Shown here piece after piece: positions 6,958 to 16,549 of a DNA stretch of 64,000 nt. The notes below the pieces were generated by a model. It was not told where the DNA came from. It saw only the letters and a program-made list of their open reading frames with translations, and made no database searches. A program made the translations under genes and the position numbers. This DNA comes from Terriglobia bacterium (GTDB lineage: Bacteria; Acidobacteriota; Terriglobia; 2-12-FULL-54-10). Numbering within the stretch: position 1 is the first letter of the stretch; each line of letters begins with the position of its first letter. Location: the NCBI GenBank assembly GCA_963666975.2, contig CAXVYR010000003.1:224001-288000 (forward strand), given 5' to 3'.

Positions 6958-8382
6958 ATGAAACTTTCCGAATTGAAAAACAGATCGATCCTGCTCCTGG
7001 GCATGGGCCGGGAGGGCCGCAGCAGTTGGCAATACCTGCGGGCCGCCTTTCCGGAAAAGACCTTGGGGCTGGCCGACCAACTGCCGCGAGAAAAGTTGTC
7101 CACCGAAATCGCGGAGAGGATCGCACAGGACCCTCGCCTTCGCCTCCATCTCGGCGAGGATTATCTGGCGAGCCTTCCCGAATATGAGGTGATCGTGAAA
7201 TCGCCGGGCATCCCGGTCACGCTTCCTGCCTACCGGGAAGCTGTTCGGACGGGCATCCAGATCACTTCCCACACGGCGCTGTTTTTTTCAAACTTTCCGG
7301 GCACCGTCGTTGGGATTACCGGGACAAAGGGCAAGAGCACCACGGCGGCGCTTCTGTACGGGATGCTCGACCGCTTCTTTCCGGGCGTCTGGCTGGCGGG
7401 CAACATCGGCATTCCCGCGCTCGACCTGCTTCCGGAAACCACTCCGAAGAATGTATGCGTCTATGAGCTTTCCAGCCATCAACTGGAAGGTCTCCGCGAA
7501 AGCCCGCATATAGCCGTGCTGCTCAACGTAGTGCCCGAGCATCTGGACTATTACGAGAGCTTTGAACAATATGTGGATGCCAAGCAGAACATCACCCGCT
7601 ACCAGAGCGCCGATGACTTGCTTGTCTATGATGCGGACTATTCCTTGCCCAGCGAGATCGCCTCCCGCTCCCAAGCGCAAACGGTTTCCTGCTCGCTTGC
7701 AAAACAGCCGCCGGCGGGATGTTTCCTTTCCGGAGAGTGGATTGTTTACCGCTCGGCAGCAGGCCAGGAGAAGGAGAAGGTGGAGAAGGTGATTGCGATC
7801 GCGGATGTCCCGTTGCTGGGAACGTTCAATTTGCGGAATGTCCTAGCGGCGGTGGCCGCCGCCATGCTGGCAGGTGTTCCCGGAAGCGAGATCGCCCAGG
7901 CTATCCGCGAATTTCGGCCGCTGGAGCATCGGCTGGAGCGGGTGGGCGACTACGGCGGCGTGACTTATTACAACGACGCCATTGCCACCGTGCCCGAAGC
8001 GACCATCGCGGCGTTGGATGCACTGGATGGGATGGATGCGGCGGGCGGCGACGTAGAGACGGTGCTGCTGGGTGGGACGGACCGGCGGCTTGATTTTTCA
8101 CAACTGGCGAAGCGGTTGCTCCAAAGCGCGGTGAAAACCCTCATTCTCTTTCCGCCGACCGGTGAACGCATCTGGCGGGCCTTGTGCGAACAAAGCCCGG
8201 CGCAATCCTCCCGTCCGCAGCATTTTTTTGTAGAGAGCATGGAGCAAGCCGTCACACTCGCCAAGCGGCACACGTCCGAGGGAAAAATCTGCCTTCACTC
8301 CCCGGCCTCCCCCAGCGTGGGCCTGTTCCGGGATTTCCGGGAGCGGGGGGAGATGTTCAAGCGGCTGGTGCGGGAAGAGTAG
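6958..8382 (+). CDS. murD: UDP-MurNAc-L-Ala--glutamate ligase, probably the L-Glu-using MurD2 type
   Basis: Motifs KSPGI, GITGTKGKSTT, AGNIG, ELSSHQL, EHLDY, HRLE, NDAIAT and SPASPS. Colocated with murL. Confidence 0.9.
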   Translation: MKLSELKNRSILLLGMGREGRSSWQYLRAAFPEKTLGLADQLPREKLSTEIAERIAQDPRLRLHLGEDYLASLPEYEVIVKSPGIPVTLPAYREAVRTGIQITSHTALFFSNFPGTVVGITGTKGKSTTAALLYGMLDRFFPGVWLAGNIGIPALDLLPETTPKNVCVYELSSHQLEGLRESPHIAVLLNVVPEHLDYYESFEQYVDAKQNITRYQSADDLLVYDADYSLPSEIASRSQAQTVSCSLAKQPPAGCFLSGEWIVYRSAAGQEKEKVEKVIAIADVPLLGTFNLRNVLAAVAAAMLAGVPGSEIAQAIREFRPLEHRLERVGDYGGVTYYNDAIATVPEATIAALDALDGMDAAGGDVETVLLGGTDRRLDFSQLAKRLLQSAVKTLILFPPTGERIWRALCEQSPAQSSRPQHFFVESMEQAVTLAKRHTSEGKICLHSPASPSVGLFRDFRERGEMFKRLVREE

Positions 8383-8431
8383 GCGGGAAGGCAGGAGACA
8401 GAAAACCCTTTCGGCCTGCCATAATCAAGAC

Positions 8432-8492
8432 CGTTGGTCGCGAGGGCCTTCTGGCTTGTAACTTCAGTGCTCCTCCGGCTGCCTTTTATCCA
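8432..8492. repeat. Direct repeat, copy 1 (partner at 10406-10458)
   Basis: CGTTGGTCGCGAGGGCCTTCTG...CTCCTCCGGCTGCCTTTTATCC. Confidence 0.75.
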
Positions 8493-8545
8493 GAATGCGG
8501 GGTCTGTCCAAAACGGGGCGGACCTGTGCCGGGGTTACACATTGT

Positions 8546-10288
8546 TTACACATTGACCACCACGCTGCTCTTGGGTTTGGAACAGCAGATCAGTACCGAT
8601 CCCTGCTCGGGCGGCTCCAGCGGCTCTAAAACGTACTCCACCTCGCCTGCCTCAAGCGGACAAATGCAGGTATGACAGATACCCGACCGGCAGCTGTAGT
8701 CCGGGCTCAAACCATTTGCCTCAGCCAGGTCCAGGATGCTTTCAAAAGACGGGTTCCAATTTGCCTTTACAGCCGACTTGGAAAAATTAACCTCGATATC
8801 CTCGCAGCACTGGGAAACTTCTGCGGCACGTTTTGCTGTAGCAACCTTTGCCCTCTCTTGCAGAGCAGAAGCCGGACCGAAAAACTCATAATGAATCCGC
8901 GACTCGGAGACACCCCAGGCTAGTAAGCCGTTAAACAACGATTTCAGAAAGGCTGTGGGACCGCAAAGATAGAAATCGAAATCTTTGTCGGGTAGAAGGC
9001 GTTTTACGAGTTCGATATCCACATGCCCCTCGTCCTCGTAGCCGCGCCCGGCGCTGTCTTCCGGCAAAGGTCTGCTGTATCGAATGTGAAGCTGGACGTT
9101 GCTGTATTCTTCCGCCACCCGCCGTACGTGCGCGCCCAGGGCGTGCTCGCGTCCGTTTCGGCTGCCGTGAATAAACCATGTTGCCCGGTCTGAACCCGTA
9201 TCCACGATTGCGTTCAACATGCTGACCAAGGGGGTAAGCCCAACACCCGCACTGAGCAGCACCACGGGAGTTTCGCCATGAGGGTCGAGGAAGAATTTTC
9301 CTGTAGGAGACATGGCGAACAGCTTGGAGCCTGGCTCCACCGCATCGTGGAAGTAATTGGAGGAAACTCCCGGGTAGAGGTCTGGCCGATCAGGCGGTGC
9401 GAGTTCTCTCTTGATGCTCAGTCGATAGTAGTCTCTGTTGGGGCTGTCGGATAATGAATAGGTTCGCAGAACCGGTTTGTACTGCCCGGGTATCTCCAAT
9501 TTCAAGGGCAAAAACTGGCCCGGCAAAAAATGTGCTAAAGGCTTGTCGTCCTCCGGCACCAGGTAAAATGACGTGACCGTTTCACTTTCCGGCACCTTGC
9601 GGTTCACAACGAAGGTTCTGAGTTTCTCTTGGACAGGAGTTGAGAGCTTGGCCTTAGCCAGGCGTCCTTCAAAGGTGCTTCGCCAACCCGGGGAAAGCGC
9701 TTCCACACGGAGAGACTTTCTGGCGCCATCCAGGTTATCCTTGTCATAGTACATAAGCTTGTTGACCTCAAGAATCGGCATGCCGATGGGGTCAACTTTG
9801 ATTCTTTCGATCGTGTCGCCCGCGCCCACATCGCCTTCTTCGAGCACTCGAAAGTAAAAGCCCAGTCGCCCGCTTTTAAGAATCTGGTTATAAAACCCCT
9901 CCACCCCCATTTTGATAGCCAGCTTGTAGCACGGGACTCGCGGTTGAGTTACTTGGAAAAGCGCCGTTCCTATCCGGAAAATATCGCCAATATGAACGTC
10001 TTCATCCAGCATACCCTCGACAGTGAAGTTTTCACCGAATTGACCGAATGTGAAATCCGTCCTGGTGAGTTCACGCTCCCAGTAGGCATAATGATGGAAA
10101 GAATAAACATATACTGCCCTGAAAGGTCCGCCGTGACCAAGCAGGTCAGCTTGACCGTCCGCCTCGATATTGAGAGTCTTAACCTTTACCCGTCCCACGA
10201 CAGGCTCCTTAAAGATGCCAGTTCGAACAGTCTTTCCCTTAAACGGTATCTCTTTCGGAAGGGAGACGTTTACAGAGAGCAGCTTCAT
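8546..10288 (-). CDS. MOSC + 3-alpha + FNR-type FAD/NAD-binding + 2Fe-2S ferredoxin fusion oxidoreductase (YiiM/YcbX-like)
   Basis: DGQAD..HGG, FGENFT, TQPRVPCYKL, RTYSLS, SAGVGLTP, YLCGP, YEFFGP, and CRSGICHTC..LICC. Confidence 0.9.
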   Translation of the reverse strand: MKLLSVNVSLPKEIPFKGKTVRTGIFKEPVVGRVKVKTLNIEADGQADLLGHGGPFRAVYVYSFHHYAYWERELTRTDFTFGQFGENFTVEGMLDEDVHIGDIFRIGTALFQVTQPRVPCYKLAIKMGVEGFYNQILKSGRLGFYFRVLEEGDVGAGDTIERIKVDPIGMPILEVNKLMYYDKDNLDGARKSLRVEALSPGWRSTFEGRLAKAKLSTPVQEKLRTFVVNRKVPESETVTSFYLVPEDDKPLAHFLPGQFLPLKLEIPGQYKPVLRTYSLSDSPNRDYYRLSIKRELAPPDRPDLYPGVSSNYFHDAVEPGSKLFAMSPTGKFFLDPHGETPVVLLSAGVGLTPLVSMLNAIVDTGSDRATWFIHGSRNGREHALGAHVRRVAEEYSNVQLHIRYSRPLPEDSAGRGYEDEGHVDIELVKRLLPDKDFDFYLCGPTAFLKSLFNGLLAWGVSESRIHYEFFGPASALQERAKVATAKRAAEVSQCCEDIEVNFSKSAVKANWNPSFESILDLAEANGLSPDYSCRSGICHTCICPLEAGEVEYVLEPLEPPEQGSVLICCSKPKSSVVVNV

Positions 10289-10405
10289 CACTTAGTCCTC
10301 CTCATCTGATCTTCCATACTTTCATAGCCTATGCGTTCTCATCAGCTCCGTTGTATCGCTCAGAAGAATTTTTCCCAAGGAGGGTGTTGAATGGATGCGT
10401 TCAAA

Positions 10406-10458
10406 CGTTGGTCGCGAAGGCCTTCTGACCCCTGTACTCCTCCGGCTACGCTTTATCC
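10406..10458. repeat. Direct repeat, copy 2 (partner at 8432-8492)
   Basis: CGTTGGTCGCGAAGGCCTTCTG...CTCCTCCGGCTACGCTTTATCC. Confidence 0.75.
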
Positions 10459-10461
10459 CAG

Positions 10462-10510
10462 CTACTTCTCATCCTAACTTCTCATCCTACTTCTCATCCT
10501 ACTTCTCATC
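10462..10510. repeat. 12-bp tandem repeat x4 copying the argA 3' end and stop codon
   Basis: CTACTTCTCATC repeated four times, one copy with a 1-nt insertion. Confidence 0.85.
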
Positions 10511-11164
10511 GAGGATGCGCCGGGGGCCGAGTATCGGAATCTGCAGAGGGCCTTGCTCCGCTGGCTCGGCGGGCGGGGCTGCCGACATGTAGACCTCCGC
10601 GCCGGGATTCACCATATAGGCCATGGCGGTTTCATCGCAGGCATTGAACATGGGGCAGCGCAGACAATCTTTCCAGGCTTTCAGCGGCAGCGCGTCCCGG
10701 TCGACCGTCTGAAAGTCCAGTTTCTCAAAAAAGCCGGGCACGTAGGTGAACAGGAAGACTACATCCACTCCATACTTCCGCGCCTGCTCCAGCAATTCCG
10801 CGGCAAGCTTCTGTCCCAGTCCGCTCCTCGTATGTTCCCGCGCCACGGCCAGCGAGCGCAGCTCGGCCATGTGTTGCGTGTAGAAGTGAAGCGCCCCGCA
10901 GCCCAGCAGTTCACCGTCCTGAACCGCCACTAGGAAGTCCCTCAGACTTTCGCAGATTTCCAGTTCCGTTCGCGGCAGCATCACCGAGCGTGAGGCATGG
11001 TCATTGATCAGACTCAGCATCGACGGGACGTCGGTCAACTGGGCCTGGCGAATCGTAAGCGTCGCGGTGATGGCGGACGCCGGGACCGGCTCTGTTTCTA
11101 CGGACTGTCCTGGAAAATTGCGCACTACGTCCTCCTGTTGTAAGCGTCGCGGCTCGGAACTCAA
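10499..11164 (-). CDS. argA: Short GNAT N-acetylglutamate synthase-like acetyltransferase
   Basis: 'MLPRT..CESLRDFLV..GCGALH..AELRSLAV..TYVPGFFEKL..LPLKAWKDCLRCP..CDETA'. In an operon with argC and argB. Confidence 0.8.
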   Translation of the reverse strand: MSSEPRRLQQEDVVRNFPGQSVETEPVPASAITATLTIRQAQLTDVPSMLSLINDHASRSVMLPRTELEICESLRDFLVAVQDGELLGCGALHFYTQHMAELRSLAVAREHTRSGLGQKLAAELLEQARKYGVDVVFLFTYVPGFFEKLDFQTVDRDALPLKAWKDCLRCPMFNACDETAMAYMVNPGAEVYMSAAPPAEPAEQGPLQIPILGPRRILDEK

Positions 11165-11991
11165 GCTCTCTTCAAAGCGGCCGGCGACCGAACTACGACG
11201 GTTCCCGCAGTGGCCGCTTCCTTTGCCGAGCCCTTCTCATCAGTAAAAATAGTCTCCAGGGCGTCGTCACTGTGGCCGTTCACAATGTGCACCCGTTCCA
11301 CATCCCCGGCCAGGGCCTCGCGGACGGCGTTCAGCTTGGCCAGCATTCCGCCGGTCGCCGTCCCGGACTCGATCAGAGAGGGGATTTCCTCTGCCTCCAG
11401 ACACCGGATGATGCGGCCCTGCGCGTTGCGCACTCCGTCGACATCGGTCAATAAAATCAGGGCATCCGCCCCGAGATGGACCGCGCAGGCGACCGCCGCC
11501 TGATCTGCATTGACGTTGTAAATCTGCCCGTCCTCTCCAACGGCCAGTGAGGCCATCACAGGCAGAACGCCTCCCTCCAGCAGAACTTCCCAGATGCGAG
11601 GGTTGGCCTTTGTGATCCGTCCCACAAAACCCCAGTCCCGGCCGTTCTCGCCCGTCAGTTTTTCCGCCACCAGGCAACCGCCGTCCACCCCGGAGATGCC
11701 AGCGGCGGGAACCCCGGCCTGATGCAGGGCCGCCAGCAATTGATGGTTCACCGTCCCGGCAAACACTTTGACCACCCCGTCCAGGGTCTCCGCCGTGGTG
11801 AGGCGCAGCCCGTCGACGAAGCGGCTGGCGATGCCGGACTGTTTCAGATACTCGCTCAGTTGCTTGCCGCCGCCGTGTACGATCAGCGCTTGGTGGCCGT
11901 CCCGGACTATCCGGGCAATGCGCCGGGCGATTTTTTGCCGGCCGGATGCGTGTTCAATCAGGGTCCCGCCGATTTTGACAACCAACTTCAT
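11161..11991 (-). CDS. argB: Acetylglutamate kinase
   Basis: VVKIGG, VHGGG, DGLRLT, NVNAD, LTDVDGV and GGMLAKL. Confidence 0.95.
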   Translation of the reverse strand: MKLVVKIGGTLIEHASGRQKIARRIARIVRDGHQALIVHGGGKQLSEYLKQSGIASRFVDGLRLTTAETLDGVVKVFAGTVNHQLLAALHQAGVPAAGISGVDGGCLVAEKLTGENGRDWGFVGRITKANPRIWEVLLEGGVLPVMASLAVGEDGQIYNVNADQAAVACAVHLGADALILLTDVDGVRNAQGRIIRCLEAEEIPSLIESGTATGGMLAKLNAVREALAGDVERVHIVNGHSDDALETIFTDEKGSAKEAATAGTVVVRSPAALKRA

Positions 11992-12000
11992 CAGCAATCC

Positions 12001-13089
12001 TCAGGCGCCGAGGGCCGCGCCTGCCGGCAACCCGGCAGCCTCATCGAGTCCGAACATGACGTTTAGATTCTGCACCGCCTGCCCCGCAGCGCCTTTTATC
12101 AGGTTGTCGATACAACTGACCACAACCAATTGCCGGCGATCGGAGCCGAGCGTGCAATGGATGTCGCAAAAGTTCGAGCCGTTGACAAGCCGCAGTTGGG
12201 GCGTGCTGGCGTCCGCATACAGGCGGATGAACAAGGAACTTTGATAAGCGGAGCGGTAGACCTCCCACAGCTCCTCCAGCCGGGCGGCATGGGTGAGCCG
12301 CAGGTAGTGGGTGGCCAGGATCCCCCGCTGGACCGGCAGCAAGTGGGCGGTGAAGGAAAACTCGTTCTCCTGCAAGCCCAGGTTATTCAGCATCTCCGGC
12401 ACGTGGCGGTGTTTCAGGATGGCGTAGGCCGAGAAGTTTTCAGACACCTGGACAAAGTGTGTTTTCGGCGAGGGCGTCTTGCCAGCGCCGCTTACCCCGG
12501 ATTTCGCGTCGCAGACAATGCCCGCTGTCCGGTCCACTATGCCTTTTTGCAACAGCGGCCAAAGCGCGCAGATCGCGGCCGTAGGGTAGCAGCCGGGATT
12601 GGCCACCAAGCAGGCCGTTCGCAGGGACTCTCTATAGAGTTCCGGCAGGCCATAGACGGCTTGCTGCAAAAGCTCCGGACAGCCATGCGTGGCCCCGTAC
12701 CATCGCTGATATTGTTCCGCCGTGGAAAGCCGGAAGGCCCCGCTCAGATCAATGACCCGCGCGCCCTGTGCCAGCACCTCCGGCGCTACCTCAATGGAAA
12801 CCTCGGGCGGAGTGGCCGTGAACACAATATCCAGGCCGTTATCGGAAACCGCACCGGCACTCCAGGGCAGGCGGGCAGGCGGCTGGTTTTTGTTCCCGGA
12901 GCAGGCGGCGGGGAGGCGGTCTTGCGATGGACCCTCCACCTTGCGGTGATCCAGCAAAACCGGCGTCACAGCGGGATGCCGCTGGAGCAATCCGGCCAGC
13001 TCCGAGCCGCTGTAGCCGGTATGCCCCAGAATTCCGGCACGGATTTCCCGGCCTCCGGCTGGAGGGGCAGGTTGTGAATATTTATGCAT
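12001..13089 (-). CDS. argC: N-acetyl-gamma-glutamyl-phosphate reductase
   Basis: GHTGYSG, DLSGAFRL, ANPGCYPT, SGVSGAG, HRHVPE and DNLIKGAAGQA. Confidence 0.95.
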   Translation of the reverse strand: MHKYSQPAPPAGGREIRAGILGHTGYSGSELAGLLQRHPAVTPVLLDHRKVEGPSQDRLPAACSGNKNQPPARLPWSAGAVSDNGLDIVFTATPPEVSIEVAPEVLAQGARVIDLSGAFRLSTAEQYQRWYGATHGCPELLQQAVYGLPELYRESLRTACLVANPGCYPTAAICALWPLLQKGIVDRTAGIVCDAKSGVSGAGKTPSPKTHFVQVSENFSAYAILKHRHVPEMLNNLGLQENEFSFTAHLLPVQRGILATHYLRLTHAARLEELWEVYRSAYQSSLFIRLYADASTPQLRLVNGSNFCDIHCTLGSDRRQLVVVSCIDNLIKGAAGQAVQNLNVMFGLDEAAGLPAGAALGA

Positions 13090-13129
13090 ACCAACGAATA
13101 TTTATACTTCACCCTTCCTCCCAGGTCAA
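13073..13129 (-). promoter_or_regulatory. argC promoter with tandem ARG boxes
   Basis: TTGACC (13129-13124), 17 bp, TATAAA (13106-13101). Two 18-bp boxes, TGTGAATATTTATGCATA (13073-13090) and AACGAATATTTATACTTC (13093-13110). Confidence 0.8.
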
Positions 13130-13342
13130 TAGGAAAACTGTCGTGCGGTTTCAAGCAGTTATCCTTCGCCCTTGCAATTGCGCTGCGTTGTGCCTATCCT
13201 AAACCTTTCGATTGCCGCCGGTTCCTCTCGGAGTCGGCTCAAGCGGAGGCTCAGCCTGCGGGGAAAAGGGGCCTGCCCGGCGCGCGGGGTTCCATGTCTC
13301 AAGCGAGTAGCACTCTTGAGAAACACTCTGGAGTTCATCTGA

Positions 13343-16189
13343 ATGGCATTTGGACTTAGATTTAATAAAGCCAAGACGTTAGAAGCGGCGATGAAATTCG
13401 TCGACAAGGGGAAGTTCCCCGCCGCCATCGCGGAATACCGCAAGATACTGGCAAAGGACCCGAAGGATCTGACGATCCTGAATACGGTGGGCGATCTGTA
13501 CGTCCGGCTGGACAACAAGGATGAAGCCGTCAAGTGTTTCTATGAGCTGGCAGAAAACTTCCTCGAAAAAGGTTTTGCGCTGCGTGGGATAGCCGTCTAT
13601 AAGCGGATCACCAAGATGGATTCGGAGTCGATCCAGGCGATCCTGAAGCTCGGAGAGCTGTATGCATCGCAGGGATTGATGAGAGATTCCCGGTCGCACT
13701 ATCTCCAGGCGGTCGATTATTTTTTGCGGCGGAACGATAAAGAAAAAGCGCGGGATGAGTTCGAAAAAATCCTGCTGCTGGACATGGAAAACCCCAAGCT
13801 CCAATTCCGCATGGCGGAGCTGTATGCGGAGACGGGAAAGAGGGAAGAGGCGATTGCCACCTATCTGGGGGCTGGAGAGCGTTTTCTGGATGGGAATCAG
13901 CCTGCGGAGGCCGCGGCGGCGCTGGAAGCGCTCTTTCGGCTGGACCCGGAAAATGCGGACGGAAAAGCGGTGCTGGGCCGGGCCTACATGGAGCAGGGAG
14001 ATTTGCAGAAGGCGGTGGAGACGCTCCAGGCAATCCCGCAACTGGAAAATCTCAAGGCGCCGTTAAACTTGCTGTTCCACGCCTACAGAAAACTGGGCGA
14101 TGCGGACAAAGGCAGGGAAATTGCCCAGAAACTGTTTGATCTGCATGAAGACTTCGCCGGCCTGGCCATGGTTGCGGAAGAGAAGGTTGAGCAGGGAGAG
14201 TGCGACCAGGCGTTGGAGGTTTATCAGGGTGCGGCACAAAAACTCTCCGACCAACAGGATGTTTCCGGGCTGATTGGGGGGCTGCAAAAAATCCTGGCCG
14301 CGGTTCCGGCCCATCCCGGCGCTCTCCGTTTGCAGTGCGACATTTATGAGAAGACCGGAAGGCGCGGGGAGCTGCGGGAGAGTCTGGAATTACTGGCTAA
14401 CAGTCATGTAGAGCGAGAGGATCTGGAAAAAGCCCGCGAAGTATGTGTCAAGCTGCTGGGTTTGGAGCCGGAAAATCGCGGGAGCCAGCGGTTGCTGCAG
14501 CAAGTGGAGGCGAAGCTCCATGGTTCTCCCATAGCTGACGCTGCCCCCGCCGCTTCCGAACCGACCGCGGCGATGGCTGCCGAACTTCAGGATGTCACGG
14601 AACCGGGAGCAGAAGGAGCGGAGCGACTTTCACCCCGCGACCAGGAGATCCTCCAGACCTGCCTGACCGAGAGTGAAATCTACATCACCTATCACCAAAA
14701 CAGCAAGGCGATTGAAATCCTCGAAGCCTGCCTGCCCAAGCTTCCCGGCAACCTCAAGCTGAACGAACAACTGCTCACGCTTTATGAGCAATTACAGCAG
14801 TATCAGAAGGCGGCAGACTGCTCGGAGGTGCTGGCGGGGGTCTATGGGAAAGCCGGAGACGGGGAGCGCGCTTCCCGCTATGGAGAGTTGACCGCCAGCT
14901 ATCGGGCGAAAGCCCCGGAGAGCCCAGCCCCGGCCGTGGAGGCCGAGGCGGAACAGGCAGCGGTTTCCGAGACCGCCGCTCCGGAAGAGGCCGCTTCGGA
15001 AGCTTCGCAGGTGCGGGAAGTGGACCTGTCGGTGGAGTGGACTTCCCTCAGCAGCGCGGAGGCGCCGCCTGCCGAAAGCACGCAGCAGGACGGGGTGGTG
15101 GAAGAGGCCGAATTTTATCTCCAGGCGGGGCTGGTGGACGAAGCGAAGGCGGCGCTGGAGCGCCTGCGGGAACAAGCTCCTTCGCACCCTGCGATCGAGT
15201 CGTTGGAGGAAAAGATCGCCGCCATAGGGGGCGAAACAGCGGGAGTCGAAACAGCAGAGGCCGAAGCATCTCCTGTTCCCGAACAAGCTGCTGCCGAGCC
15301 CCTCTCAGCCATCGAAACCAGCCCGGCAATGGAGGTCAGCGAAGAGCCCGCTGAGGCGCCCGCCGAAGTGCCTGTAGAGGGAAATGTTGAGACGCCCGTT
15401 GAAGAAAGCGTCACGGCAACTCCGGAGCCTCTGATGGAAGCTGCATTGCCTGAGGCGGAAACGCCTGAGCCGGAGGCCGAATTGGTCCCGGCTGCTGCCG
15501 GGGAAGAAACCGAACAGCCCGTTGCCGGCGATGGGCATCCGGAATTGATGCTCGAAGAAGTTCTGGCTTCACAGGAACATGACCCGCACGCTCCGGCCTT
15601 TGAACTGTCTCTCGAAGAAGCCCCAGCGCAGGAAAAGGGAGGGGCCGGCCATCTGCAGGATCCGCTCGCCGGGCTGGCAGGAGAGCTGGGGGAGGGATTT
15701 GTGCCCCCGACCGCTCCTTCCGGCGCCGGCCAGCCCCGGGAGAATCTCCTGGGAGATATCCTCGCGGAATTTAAAGATGAGGTCGAGGAGCCGGCTACCG
15801 GCGGAGATCTGGAAACTCACTACAACATGGGCGTTGCCTTCAAAGAAATGGCGCTTTACGAGGAGGCGATTGGGGAGTTCCAAAAGGTCCACCAGTTGGC
15901 CGAACAGTTGAAGGATACTTCCTACCTGTTGCAGTGTTGTTCGTTGCTGGCGGTGTGCTTCCTGGAGAAGGGGCTTCCGGAACTGGCCGTGAAGTGGTAT
16001 CAAACGGCTTTGGACGCGCCAAGCTTGGATGCCGGTAACCGGCTGGGGCTGCTGTATGAGATGGCGGCAGCCTATGAGGTTGCCGGAGACCGGGAGTCAG
16101 CTTTGAAGCGTTTCAAAGAAGTATATGCCCTCAATATCGACTACCGCGATGTCACCGACCGAATCAGCGCTCTCCAGCAAGCCCAGTGA
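13343..16189 (+). CDS. Large tetratricopeptide-repeat protein with an acidic linker
   Basis: N-terminal TPR array, a long E/A/P-rich linker and a C-terminal TPR ('THYNMGVAFKEMALYEEAIGEFQ'). Confidence 0.85.
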   Translation: MAFGLRFNKAKTLEAAMKFVDKGKFPAAIAEYRKILAKDPKDLTILNTVGDLYVRLDNKDEAVKCFYELAENFLEKGFALRGIAVYKRITKMDSESIQAILKLGELYASQGLMRDSRSHYLQAVDYFLRRNDKEKARDEFEKILLLDMENPKLQFRMAELYAETGKREEAIATYLGAGERFLDGNQPAEAAAALEALFRLDPENADGKAVLGRAYMEQGDLQKAVETLQAIPQLENLKAPLNLLFHAYRKLGDADKGREIAQKLFDLHEDFAGLAMVAEEKVEQGECDQALEVYQGAAQKLSDQQDVSGLIGGLQKILAAVPAHPGALRLQCDIYEKTGRRGELRESLELLANSHVEREDLEKAREVCVKLLGLEPENRGSQRLLQQVEAKLHGSPIADAAPAASEPTAAMAAELQDVTEPGAEGAERLSPRDQEILQTCLTESEIYITYHQNSKAIEILEACLPKLPGNLKLNEQLLTLYEQLQQYQKAADCSEVLAGVYGKAGDGERASRYGELTASYRAKAPESPAPAVEAEAEQAAVSETAAPEEAASEASQVREVDLSVEWTSLSSAEAPPAESTQQDGVVEEAEFYLQAGLVDEAKAALERLREQAPSHPAIESLEEKIAAIGGETAGVETAEAEASPVPEQAAAEPLSAIETSPAMEVSEEPAEAPAEVPVEGNVETPVEESVTATPEPLMEAALPEAETPEPEAELVPAAAGEETEQPVAGDGHPELMLEEVLASQEHDPHAPAFELSLEEAPAQEKGGAGHLQDPLAGLAGELGEGFVPPTAPSGAGQPRENLLGDILAEFKDEVEEPATGGDLETHYNMGVAFKEMALYEEAIGEFQKVHQLAEQLKDTSYLLQCCSLLAVCFLEKGLPELAVKWYQTALDAPSLDAGNRLGLLYEMAAAYEVAGDRESALKRFKEVYALNIDYRDVTDRISALQQAQ

Positions 16190-16496
16190 TCTTTCTCTCC
16201 GCGCCACTGGCCGGGAAGGCGCGGGGAGACAGTTCGCGCTGGTGCTCTACATTCTTTATTGTGTCGAAATCGGGATGTTTTTGCTGGTTGTTCCCTGGTC
16301 GGAAGTTTGGGAGAGCAACCTCTGGGCGCGACCGAAAACGCCGCTGATGGCATATTTCCCCTTGTTGCGCCCCCTGTATGTGAACCATTATGTGCGCGGC
16401 GCCGTGAGCGGCTTGGGAGTGATCAACCTTTGGCTGGGCGTTTCCCATGCCTGGAGTTTTCGGTTATCGGCGGTGCGCGGGGCCGCTGGCAGGTGA
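16125..16496 (+). CDS. Small membrane protein (start uncertain, possibly 16242)
   Basis: 'LYCVEIGMFLLVVPWSEVWESN...YVRGAVSGLGVINLWLG', with two hydrophobic segments. Confidence 0.6.
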   Translation: MPSISTTAMSPTESALSSKPSDLSLRATGREGAGRQFALVLYILYCVEIGMFLLVVPWSEVWESNLWARPKTPLMAYFPLLRPLYVNHYVRGAVSGLGVINLWLGVSHAWSFRLSAVRGAAGR

Positions 16497-16549
16497 GCAT
16501 CGGCAGCCGTTTTGAGAATCTATTTGCACGCTGAGGTGGCGGAATAAAG

